Assembly: GCA_051004555.1 (NCBI GenBank) | Contig: JBPCKF010000106.1 | Span: 3,683 to 67,682 of the forward strand | Reading direction: 5' to 3' | Length of the DNA: 64,000 nucleotides | From: Phycisphaerales bacterium | GTDB lineage: Bacteria > Planctomycetota > Phycisphaerae > Phycisphaerales > SM1A02 | Part shown: positions 9,471-17,708 of the stretch, piece by piece | How the letters are laid out: the number at the start of each line of letters is the position of its first letter | How positions within the stretch are numbered: the stretch's first letter is position 1 | Notes under the pieces: model-generated | Told to the model about the DNA's origin: nothing | The model's database searches: none | What the model saw: the letters and a program-made list of their open reading frames with translations, nothing else | Translations under genes and position numbers: made by a program

Positions 9471-10412
9471 GTGATGACCACCACAATCGAGATTCCATCA
9501 CTCCCCGATCGCTCTGATAGTGCACACAAGGGCCACTTCGGCATGGTGTGCGTGATTGGCGGACAGGCAGCCCATCCCATCAATGGCGGGACGATGATGC
9601 TTGGCAGTCCCGTCCTGGCAGCGCTGGGGGCTCTTCGCATCGGAGCGGGACGCGTTGCCATTGCAACACCAGCCCCCCTCGCGATCCATGCCCTCACGAT
9701 GTTACCCGAAGCAACCTGTCTTGCATTGCCGGTTGATGAACGCGACAACGCCATACTTCCCTCAGCAGCAGCTGCAGTGCTCGACAAAGACTGGCTGAAC
9801 TTTGCATGTGCAGTCATCGGGCCGGGCATGGGCCACGAGTTACACCAGCAGCAAATGGTGGTTCGCCTGATTGCACAGGACGATGTGCCACTCGTGATTG
9901 ATGCAGATGCACTCACTGCCCTGGCCAAACTTCACGACTTCCGAGGCGACTTCCGCGCATCCGCAATCCTCACGCCCCACCCCGGCGAGTATCAGCGACT
10001 TGCAAAGGCGATCGGCATCTCGCGAGACGCCCTCGATCCACAGCAGCGCGAGTCCGCCGCAATGGAACTGGCCCAGCGACTTGGCTGCGTGGTTGTTCTC
10101 AAAGGTGATGGCGTGGTCGTCACCGATGGCCACGCGTCATGGATCGCGCCTTCTGGCTCCGCTGCCCTCGCGACCGGCGGCACTGGCGATGTACTGGCTG
10201 GGTTCATTGCAGGGGCAGTCAGCCAATGGCATCACCCACGCCCAGCAGAAACCAGCAGCAGCAGCATGAGCCTGCTCGAATGTGCGGTACTGGCAGTGTC
10301 ACTCGGCATCGACGCAGCTGCTGCGTGGGCGAAGAAGCATGGCAACGCAGGGCTGCTCGCCCACGAACTCGCAGATGCAATGCCGAATGTGCTGAACGCG
10401 CGGCGGCAATAA
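9471..10412 (+). CDS. nnrD: ADP-dependent NAD(P)H-hydrate dehydratase
   Basis: HKGHFGMVCVIGG, LTPHPGE and GGTGDVLAG motifs of the YjeF C-terminal family. Confidence 0.85.
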   Translation: MMTTTIEIPSLPDRSDSAHKGHFGMVCVIGGQAAHPINGGTMMLGSPVLAALGALRIGAGRVAIATPAPLAIHALTMLPEATCLALPVDERDNAILPSAAAAVLDKDWLNFACAVIGPGMGHELHQQQMVVRLIAQDDVPLVIDADALTALAKLHDFRGDFRASAILTPHPGEYQRLAKAIGISRDALDPQQRESAAMELAQRLGCVVVLKGDGVVVTDGHASWIAPSGSAALATGGTGDVLAGFIAGAVSQWHHPRPAETSSSSMSLLECAVLAVSLGIDAAAAWAKKHGNAGLLAHELADAMPNVLNARRQ

Positions 10413-10513
10413 ACTGGAGCCGTTTTCTCGCAAGTGGACTGGCGGCCTCATTTGGTTGACCTGGCAGAGTGACATCACAGTTCTGATCTCGCGCGACAGA
10501 GGGTGGTGAACAC

Positions 10514-10808
10514 GTGGACAGACTCTTCGACACCATCAAACAACTCGTCCTCGACGACCGCTACATCATCGGCGACCACGCGGTTGATCGCCTCGACCAA
10601 CGCCGCGTGCTCGAATGGCAGAATCGTCGATGGCATCAGAGAGGCGACTCTGCTCAGCGAGCGGCCGCGAACTCGACCGAACCCGTCGATTGAAGTGCTT
10701 CAACTGCTCGCAGACGGCACAGAGGTCATGGTCATCTGGTCGCATCTGAAAGCCGTTGGCCTCGCCAAGCTGGTCACGGTACACTTCCTGGACGAGGAAC
10801 GGCCATGA
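10514..10808 (+). pseudogene. DUF4258-like toxin-family gene interrupted by a 1-nt frameshift near 10620-10623
   Basis: Frame A from GTG 10514 reads VDRLFDTIKQLVLDDRYIIGDHAVDRLDQRRVLEWQ. The sense continues only in the frame of track ORF 10503..10808 (IVDGIREATLLSERPRTRPNPSIEVLQLLADGTEVMVIWSH...VTVHF). The first half of the track ORF is low-complexity S/T/N noise. Confidence 0.55.
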
Positions 10809-11032
10809 ACATTCCCGGCAGACGAGTCAAGCGCACGCGCCTGGTCCACACCGACAAGTACATTGTTGCTGTGGAGGTCGAAGCAGTCATTCCCGATGCT
10901 GACCCGTCTGAGGCCTGCTACGAACCGGAGACAGTTGAACTGCTTCGCAAGGTCGAAGAACACGCCCGCGCCGGTGACCTCGACTGGCTGCAAAAGCACG
11001 GCAAGGTCTACCGAGCACTGGATGCCGCATGA
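10805..11032 (+). CDS. small hypothetical protein, translationally coupled to the DUF4258-like gene (possible antitoxin partner)
   Basis: 75 aa. ATGA start/stop overlap with the upstream gene. No family recognised. Confidence 0.5.
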   Translation: MNIPGRRVKRTRLVHTDKYIVAVEVEAVIPDADPSEACYEPETVELLRKVEEHARAGDLDWLQKHGKVYRALDAA

Positions 11033-11153
11033 TGCTCGACTGGCTCAAAGGCAAGTCGGCCTGTGCCCGCGTTCCCCCATCGATTAAGCCAACGGCTCAG
11101 AGTCCTCCTCCGAAATCGCATTCTCGCACGAATGACGATACACTGTTCTCGTC

Positions 11154-12182
11154 ATGACTCAAAGCACTGCTTCTGATGCGCCGCCGCGCAAGCCTATTCG
11201 CTCAATCGTCCCCAGCGACTATGTGGATGGTGTCTATTCCATCCTCAACCCGCAGGTGGGCAGCACACGCAGCGGCAAGCCGTTTCTCAAGTGCATTCTC
11301 CGCGATGCCAGTGGCGAATGTCCGGCCCGACAATGGACCATCGACGACACGGATGTCCCCAGTCTCAAGGCCACGGGCTTTGTCTGGATCGCAGGTCGGG
11401 CGGAGAGCTATCAGGATCAGTTGCAGATCGTGATCGAACAGATCCGCACAATTGAAGTCACGCCTGAAGAACTGCGCGAACTGGTGCCATCATCCAGATT
11501 TGACATCGACATGATGTTTGGCGAAGTGCGCAGCCTGCTTGAAACAATCGAAGACCCCGCAGCGAACGCTCTGGCCCAGGCGTATCTCAATGATGAGAAG
11601 CTCATGATGCGCTTTCGCGAAGCACCTGCAGCGGTGAGTCTGCATCATGCCTGGCTGGGCGGGCTTCTCGAACACACATGGCAACTCATGCGATTGGCTG
11701 AACGCATGCTGCCACTCTATCCAGCCTTGAACCGCGACCTGGTTTTGCTGGGTCTGTTCCTGCATGACCTTGGCAAGACAACCGAACTCTCATGGAATCG
11801 CGGATTTCACTATACAGCACAGGGCGAACTCATCGGCCATATTGTGATCGGGGCGCTCTGGCTCGACCGCAAGGTTCGCGAAGTGGCGGAAGCGGGCGGG
11901 ACGATCCTGCAGAACAAAGCCCATCTGGTGTTGACGCACATCATTCTCAGCCATCACACCGAGCCAGAGTTTGGCGCAGCCAAACGGCCAAGCACGCCCG
12001 AAGCAATCTTTATTGCGCTGCTTGATAATCTTGATGCACGCACAGCCATGTCAGTCCAGCACGCGCGGCCGGAACTTTCAGAAGACGGCCCGCAACAGAC
12101 TCAGCAGAGTCTGTTTACCGACAAGGTGTGGGCGCTGGAAACCAAGCTGTATTGTCCTGATCCATTTCGGAGCGATGAGTGA
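11154..12182 (+). CDS. OB-fold + HD-domain 3'-5' exoribonuclease, YhaM-like
   Basis: N-terminal OB-like region followed by LHHAWLGGLLEHT ... LHDLGKT ... GHIVIG ... LSHH HD-domain blocks. Confidence 0.75.
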   Translation: MTQSTASDAPPRKPIRSIVPSDYVDGVYSILNPQVGSTRSGKPFLKCILRDASGECPARQWTIDDTDVPSLKATGFVWIAGRAESYQDQLQIVIEQIRTIEVTPEELRELVPSSRFDIDMMFGEVRSLLETIEDPAANALAQAYLNDEKLMMRFREAPAAVSLHHAWLGGLLEHTWQLMRLAERMLPLYPALNRDLVLLGLFLHDLGKTTELSWNRGFHYTAQGELIGHIVIGALWLDRKVREVAEAGGTILQNKAHLVLTHIILSHHTEPEFGAAKRPSTPEAIFIALLDNLDARTAMSVQHARPELSEDGPQQTQQSLFTDKVWALETKLYCPDPFRSDE

Positions 12183-12955
12183 ACATGGCTGCTGGGCGCA
12201 CGCCTTTCATCGGCGGGAACTGGAAAATGAATGGGACACGGCAGACCGCACGCGCGCTTGCCACTGCAGTCAGCCGCGGCGTGGCTGCGATGGATGCAGT
12301 TGTGCACGTCGCAGTCTTTCCGCCCTTTCCATATCTGGTCGATGTGCGCGACTGTATCAGCGATGGCCCGCTCTTGCTGGGGGCCCAGGATGTTTACATT
12401 GAGCCCGAGGGAGCGTTCACTGGTGAAGTCAGCCCAGCCATGCTCGAAGATGTCGGCGTCACTGCCGTTCTTGCAGGACACTCTGAACGCAGACATGTGC
12501 TGGACGAGAATGATGCGCTTGTCGCGGCAAAGGTAAAGGCAACACTCGATCAGGGACTCTGGTCGGTCTTGTGCGTGGGCGAACTGCTTGAACAACGTGA
12601 GGCTGGCGTCACCGATCAGATCAATCGCATGCAGTTGCATGCAGCCCTTGCAGATATCGATAAAGAGACGGCGCGCAGGCAACTTGTGATCGCATACGAA
12701 CCTGTATGGGCCATCGGCACCGGACGCACTGCAACACCTGAAGATGCACAGACAGCCCATGCAGCCATTCGAGCGGAACTGGTGGGAATCTTCAGCGATG
12801 AGGCAACTCAGCAGATCCGGATTATCTATGGCGGCTCGGTGAAGCCCGAAAACGCAGCGTCGCTCCTTGCAATGCCCGATGTTGATGGCTTTCTTGTCGG
12901 TGGGGCATCGCTTGATGCAGAAGGATTTTGCAGGATTGTGGAGGGCGCGGCGTAG
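12179..12955 (+). CDS. tpiA: triosephosphate isomerase
   Basis: FIGGNWKMNG, AYEPVWAIGTG, YGGSV. Confidence 0.95.
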   Translation: MNMAAGRTPFIGGNWKMNGTRQTARALATAVSRGVAAMDAVVHVAVFPPFPYLVDVRDCISDGPLLLGAQDVYIEPEGAFTGEVSPAMLEDVGVTAVLAGHSERRHVLDENDALVAAKVKATLDQGLWSVLCVGELLEQREAGVTDQINRMQLHAALADIDKETARRQLVIAYEPVWAIGTGRTATPEDAQTAHAAIRAELVGIFSDEATQQIRIIYGGSVKPENAASLLAMPDVDGFLVGGASLDAEGFCRIVEGAA

Positions 12956-13046
12956 GATCGCCGGGTGCCATTGGCAAACGGTGTGGCACCATGCGCGAAC
13001 GGAACTATTTTCGACCCTCCTCCCCAGCCCGGCCGATAGACACGGT

Positions 13047-14072
13047 ATGGCTGAGGCTTTCAACGAATCCGATCTTACTGCGCTGCTCAGCGCGGTCGAA
13101 GCAGGCGGTTTAAGCGATGATGCAGATGAGGTGCAGATATTCTCGCGCACCCGTCAAGCGTTCGATCATGTTGAGATTCGCGAGTATGACTTCAAGCGTC
13201 CCGAGCGCATCAGCACCGATCAGATTCGCGCCTTGCAGACGCTGCATGATGCTTTTGGGCGGAGCTTCGGAGCAGCCCTCACGGGGTTCCTGCGCGCGAT
13301 TGTTGAAGTGACCGTGTCATCTGTTGAACAGATGCCCTATGCAGAGTTTGTGGAAGGATTGCCCAACCCGACGGGGTTTTGTCTGGTCCAGCCCGGCGAA
13401 CTCGATGGCCAGATGTGTCTGGAAGTCAGCCCGCTCATTATCTATCCCATTCTCGATCGACTCATGGGCGGGTCCAGCCAGGAACTCTTCATTCCGCAGC
13501 GGGCGATGACTGTAATCGAAGCCCGCCTGATCCTGCAGATTCTCGAACGAGCCATGATCAGCCTGCATGATGCCTGGGAAGGTGTCGCAGACATCACATT
13601 CTCGCTTGGCGAACTCGAATCAAACCCGCAGTTGGTGCAGATCGTGCCACCCAACGAAGTTGTGGTCGTGATTCGCTTCGAGCTGCGCATGGGTAAGCGT
13701 GCAGGCACGATGAGTCTGTGCATTCCCTTCACCGTCATAGAGCCACTGGTGAGCCGCCTCGATTCACAGAGTTGGTCGACCGCAGGCAAGCGCCGGGATG
13801 ATGCAACCTGGGAACAGATGCTTGCCAAGCGATTGAATGATGCAGGGCTGCTGCTCACAGCCACACTCGCGGAAACATCAATGACCGTCGGCGAACTGGC
13901 TGCTCTGGATGTGGGCGACATCATCACCACTGATGCAGTCGCAGCCGACCCAATGCTGATTTCGATTGAGAGTGTGCCGAAATACTTTGCAACCGTCGGC
14001 CGCTTCAAGGATCAACGGGCGATGAAGATCATGCGCCCATTGACAGAAGCTGACCGTGCTGTGCGTCACTGA
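13047..14072 (+). CDS. fliM: flagellar motor switch protein FliM
   Basis: N-terminal CheY-P-binding-like ESDLTALLSAV, YDFKRPERISTDQIRALQTLHDAF, SVEQMPYAEFVEGLPNPT. Start moved to ATG 13047, because the upstream part of the track ORF overlaps tpiA. Confidence 0.85.
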   Translation: MAEAFNESDLTALLSAVEAGGLSDDADEVQIFSRTRQAFDHVEIREYDFKRPERISTDQIRALQTLHDAFGRSFGAALTGFLRAIVEVTVSSVEQMPYAEFVEGLPNPTGFCLVQPGELDGQMCLEVSPLIIYPILDRLMGGSSQELFIPQRAMTVIEARLILQILERAMISLHDAWEGVADITFSLGELESNPQLVQIVPPNEVVVVIRFELRMGKRAGTMSLCIPFTVIEPLVSRLDSQSWSTAGKRRDDATWEQMLAKRLNDAGLLLTATLAETSMTVGELAALDVGDIITTDAVAADPMLISIESVPKYFATVGRFKDQRAMKIMRPLTEADRAVRH

Positions 14073-14094
14073 CATGACCAGCGTTTCGCGATTC

Positions 14095-14494
14095 CTCAGA
14101 ACCAGCAGTTGCAACTGAGAGCGGACCACGACCTGGCCATCTTCGTCGGCTGCATCAGCCCGCCAACCAGCCCCGCTGGCAGTGCGAAGAGTCAGGAACG
14201 GAGGACGAACTTTTTGTCCCAGCCAGCAGTGAGGCCGCCCTGCAACAGGCTGGCACGGGTGTCTGCATCTGCGAGCACATCCTGAACGATCGCGCGAACT
14301 TCTGCAGCCCGCCTTTCCGTCATGCGTTCACTCTGGCCATTCTGCTTCAGCCTGACAATGGTGCTCTCAAGCACGGCAACCCGCGCTTGCAGTTCAGCTT
14401 CGCTCGGGGTGTCCTGGGCCAGCGCTGGCGCGGGCGACGAGACGATGACGATCATGCCGGTCAGCGCAGCTGTTGAAACCAGACGTCGTTGCAT
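14095..14494 (-). pseudogene. internally deleted paralogue of the adjacent porin gene (N-terminal 100 codons plus a C-terminal remnant)
   Basis: 14192..14494 encodes MQRRLVSTAAL...GWDKKFVLRS*, closely matching the first ~100 aa of the 14893..16206 product. 14095..14186 matches the last ~90 nt of that gene (ggaccacgacctggccatcttcgtcgg shared), but its stop is destroyed. Confidence 0.7.
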
Positions 14495-14715
14495 TTGGAA
14501 ATCCCTTCGTCTTGAAACGGGTATGGAAGCCGGTCGATGAAGCGAACGCGACATGCGCGAGGTTCGCGGCGCCCAAATCGCGCACCTGTTGATATCGGAC
14601 GATGGTGGTAGGAGCACACCTTCGATCGGCCAGCACCTTACCAAAATCTGGCAATCAGTGCTACGCGATTTCCCGTCGAATTGCCGGAAATGGAAGCCGG
14701 TCGGGGCGGTTGCCC

Positions 14716-14754
14716 AAAAAAGAAAAAAGCCGACCGGGTGGAAATCCGGTCGGC
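14716..14754 (-). terminator. rho-independent terminator of the porin gene
   Basis: gccgaccgg / ccggtcggc 9-bp stem with an 8-nt loop. On the minus strand it is followed by ttttttcttttttggg. It lies about 140 nt downstream of the stop at 14893. Confidence 0.7.
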
Positions 14755-14892
14755 GATTGCCGCCGCGAGAAGTTGCATGGTCCCCGACAGGTAATCACGG
14801 AGAGTCTTTATGCGAATCGCGACGGGTGGATGGTTTTAGCCAGACGCTTGTCTCTTCTTCGGACGAATAAATGTGCAAGTTTCGTGGAAGTT

Positions 14893-16206
14893 TCAGAACA
14901 GCAGTTGCAGTTGTGAACGGACCACGACCTGGCCATCTTCGTCGGATGCATCACCCCTCCAGCCAGCACCGCTGGATGACCACCCGCTGGCAACTTCATT
15001 CAGCCCGATGCCGATATCTGTCGTCCACTTCAGGCTGTGCTTCTTCCAGTACCTGTTCACACCAACGGTCGCGACGAGAAGGTCGTCCTGGCCGGACACA
15101 TCCATATCGCCCCATTCGAAGCGAGCGAATGCTTCCCAATCGTCGGTGAGGAACACGCCACCCTGCAGCACGAAGCCGAACTGGTCTGCATCCGATTCAT
15201 CGAAATGTCGACCGACGACAGCTGCGAAGATATTGGCACCGCCAAACTCGAGCGACGCGTCAATCGTCCATGTGAATACCGTCTCCTCAGCAGAGCCTGG
15301 CGTGCCCGACTCCTCGCGCTCGACATGCCCTGCAGCTCCCATCATGAATGCGAACTCTTCATCCTTCCAGCTCGTGAAATCCTTGAACTGATCCCAACTG
15401 CCTGCGAAGAGAATCTCAGCCCGCCCCGTCAGCGAGTACTCGACATCTTCTGCGAGCGCTGCGGTGTTGTCCGAACCGAAGCCGTCATCGAACGATCCCC
15501 AGATCTTGAACTGCTCGCCTGCATAGCCGACCTCGATGCCCTGGGTGTAGTCCTGATTGAACTCTTCGTTGACCAGTGAGCGTTCCACCGCCAGCTGGCG
15601 CTTGCTGGATGTCAACTCCTCACGCATGAATCCGGGCTTGAACTGTCCGAACTTGACGTACCAGTCATTGCCGAGATCTCTGGTGATGGTTGCGGTTTCC
15701 AGAATGAAGCTGCCTCCATCGCGATCGAATGCGCCCTGCACTTCGTACTCCCAGGTGGGATCGAACACATGGCCGTTGAAGTTAAGCTTGGTACGGCGAT
15801 TTTCAAAGCCATAGCGCGTGCTGTCGCCGGCCTGCTCGTCCTGCAGATTCAGCACCCAGCGGAACTGCATCTGGCCTTCGACATTCATTTTGAAGTTGCC
15901 ATCTGAGGATGCAAGAAAGAACTTCCTGTCCCACCCCGCAGTCATGCCACCCTGCAACAGGCTGGCACGGGTGTCTGCATCTGCGAGCACATCATGAACG
16001 ATCGCGCGAACTTCTGCGGCCCGCGCCTCAGTCATGCGACCATCCTGCTGAGCCGCGTCCATGTCAGCCATCTTCTTCTCGAGTTCTGCAACCCGAGCGC
16101 GAAGTTCAGCTTCGCTGGGGTTGTCCTGCGCCAGAGCTGTTGCTGCGGGCGTGATCACCATGATGCTCCCGGACAGCGCAGCTGCCAAAATCAGACGTCG
16201 TTGCAT
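14893..16206 (-). CDS. outer-membrane beta-barrel porin-like protein with N-terminal coiled-coil segment
   Basis: Signal peptide MQRRLILAAALSGSIMVITPAATALA and a coiled-coil AELRARVAELEKKMADM. Long alternating beta-strand-like sequence. Terminal ...RSQLQLLF (C-terminal Phe typical of OMPs). AAGGAGAG lies before ATG 16206. Confidence 0.6.
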   Translation of the reverse strand: MQRRLILAAALSGSIMVITPAATALAQDNPSEAELRARVAELEKKMADMDAAQQDGRMTEARAAEVRAIVHDVLADADTRASLLQGGMTAGWDRKFFLASSDGNFKMNVEGQMQFRWVLNLQDEQAGDSTRYGFENRRTKLNFNGHVFDPTWEYEVQGAFDRDGGSFILETATITRDLGNDWYVKFGQFKPGFMREELTSSKRQLAVERSLVNEEFNQDYTQGIEVGYAGEQFKIWGSFDDGFGSDNTAALAEDVEYSLTGRAEILFAGSWDQFKDFTSWKDEEFAFMMGAAGHVEREESGTPGSAEETVFTWTIDASLEFGGANIFAAVVGRHFDESDADQFGFVLQGGVFLTDDWEAFARFEWGDMDVSGQDDLLVATVGVNRYWKKHSLKWTTDIGIGLNEVASGWSSSGAGWRGDASDEDGQVVVRSQLQLLF

Positions 16207-16406
16207 TTGACTCTCCTTGTTGAAAACGAAGTATCGGAACCGAAACATCGAAAACCGGACATCGGACACATGCGAAACGCTGCGGCAGCCTTTCCATCCA
16301 CCGCTGCCGAGAAGCGTTGCCATGCAGGATTCAGATCGTGTTCAGTTGGCGCAGCGGTTGTGCGAATAGCGATTGCCTGCGCGCCACTCCTCAATCTCGC
16401 GCCTCA

Positions 16407-16524
16407 GGGTGCCACGGCTTCGGCGAAAGCCAAGCCGTGCCCGGACGTGCGATGAAGTGCAAACTGACTTCCGACATTCACTTCCCCTCGCACGGCTTGC
16501 CCTCCGGGCGAAGCCGTGGCACCC
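16407..16524. repeat. pair of hairpins sharing the stem CACGGCTT/AAGCCGTG, bounded by a perfect 16-nt inverted repeat
   Basis: gggtgccacggcttcg at 16407-16422 and its exact reverse complement cgaagccgtggcaccc at 16509-16524. Hairpins at 16413-16439 (GAAA loop) and 16491-16518. A degenerate third copy (gggtgccacgctt...aagccgtgcc) is at 16974-17007. Confidence 0.6.
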
Positions 16525-16565
16525 AAAACCTCACCATATTGCGAGTTATCGAGAAGTTGCGCACC

Positions 16566-16649
16566 TTCACACTCGCGTGTCCGACATTCACACTCCCGTG
16601 TGAGCCGCTCAACCTGCCGTGTGAGCCATCCACCCGGCCGTGTGATGGT
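16566..16649. repeat. four tandem 21-bp imperfect repeats
   Basis: ttcacactcgcgtgtccgaca / ttcacactcccgtgtgagccg / ctcaacctgccgtgtgagcca / tccacccggccgtgtgatggt. Each unit contains a CACAC...GTGTG-type dyad. Confidence 0.7.
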
Positions 16650-17056
16650 GTCGTTGGACCGTTTTAGGGGTGCCATAAGCGCAGCAATAGGCGCAGGTGA
16701 AGGATTTGCTGATGATCATGATCGGTGACGACATGCAACTGACCACTCTCCGCCCGAAGATACCCGAAATGCGCGTCGAGACGATGTGTCCGGGCGCACG
16801 AAGGCGCCATCAGAACATAGATCAGAAGCACTGCAAGAACCGTCCTCACCAACCGCGCCACGCCCAGAGTTGTTCCCACGCCAAGGATGACACAGGGGAG
16901 GATGCGGATTAACCAGCGTTTCATGCCAACATTCTACTTCGACGCCCGGGAGACGCGACCCGTGCGGTCGATAGGGTGCCACGCTTCCACGACAGCCAAG
17001 CCGTGCCGTCATCATTACCGTTTGACACGTTGAGCGACAGCAGGTACGATCCAGTT

Positions 17057-17075
17057 GTTGAGAACGATTCTCAAC
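17057..17075. promoter_or_regulatory. Fur-family-like operator candidate upstream of feoA
   Basis: Perfect 8-3-8 palindrome GTTGAGAA-CGA-TTCTCAAC, 81 nt upstream of the feoA ATG. Read as 7-1-7 (TGAGAAC-G-ATTCTCA) it matches 11/14 positions of the TGATAAT-N-ATTATCA Fur-type box. Confidence 0.45.
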
Positions 17076-17155
17076 TCCCCAGTTCCCGCCTTTCAACGCC
17101 GTTCCCTCTCCCTATCCTTCAGGCCCACTAGCCCTGCGGCTTCATCATCATCCTC

Positions 17156-17473
17156 ATGCACCTTCGCGTTAAGACTCTCGATCTTCTTCCCCGCGGCAGT
17201 CGCGGCGAGGTGCTGGCTGTTGACAACGGCTGTTCGCGGGCCAACTGCCTTCGCCGCATGGGACTCCGCGAGGGTTCAATCGTCGAAGTGATGAGCAGTC
17301 ACGATCCCGTCCTGTTGCGATGTGATGGATGCATGCTGGCTGTCAATCGCGAGGTGCTTTCATCAGTTACGATCTGTCGTTGCGGATGCGAGAAGGAAGA
17401 GGCAGCCGCGCAGCATAAAACGCAAGACAGTCACCAGAGGGTGGAACCGCGTGTCGACCAGCACCACGCTTGA
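17156..17473 (+). CDS. feoA: FeoA-domain protein with Cys-rich C-terminal extension
   Basis: LLPRGSRGEVLAVDN...MGLREGSIVEV... SH3-like FeoA pattern, then a CRCGCEKEE tail. Confidence 0.75.
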   Translation: MHLRVKTLDLLPRGSRGEVLAVDNGCSRANCLRRMGLREGSIVEVMSSHDPVLLRCDGCMLAVNREVLSSVTICRCGCEKEEAAAQHKTQDSHQRVEPRVDQHHA

Positions 17474-17708
17474 TACGCTGCGCAAAGGCGAAGCAGCACG
17501 CATCGACGACATTCAACGCGGCGATGCACGTGTCGCGCAGCGCCTGCTCGCACTCGGCTTGCTGCCTGGATGTGAACTGACAGTCACAGCCATCGCGCCC
17601 ACGGGCGACCCCATCACCGTCACGACATCGCGCGGCATCATCAGCCTCAGGCGCACCGAAGCAGCGGGTGTGTATGTGACAACTGTTCCACGAGTTGCTG
17701 CGTCATGA
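17451..17708 (+). CDS. feoA: FeoA-domain protein (second copy)
   Basis: LDTLRKGEAARIDDI...RLLALGLLPGCELTV. GTG 17451 is preceded by GAGGG. The longer track ORF start lies inside the first feoA. Confidence 0.75.
   Translation: MSTSTTLDTLRKGEAARIDDIQRGDARVAQRLLALGLLPGCELTVTAIAPTGDPITVTTSRGIISLRRTEAAGVYVTTVPRVAAS

Noticed and set aside
12101-13150. 349-aa minus-strand ORF
   Set aside because: It is antisense to tpiA and the fliM start, both of which have diagnostic motifs.
14249-14265. TGGCACGGGTGTCTGCA (also at about 15961) as a sigma-54 promoter
   Set aside because: It lies inside the porin coding sequences on the opposite strand, and the GG-to-GC spacing is off by one from TGGCAC-N5-TTGC. 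Other TGGCAC occurrences in the window lack the -12 element.
16664-16924. 86-aa minus-strand ORF (MKRWLIRILPCVILGVGTTLG...) in the porin/feo intergenic region
   Set aside because: It has a plausible TM helix but no ribosome-binding site, sits in a repeat-rich region, and has no family. It is not reported as a feature and is mentioned only under the intergenic finding.
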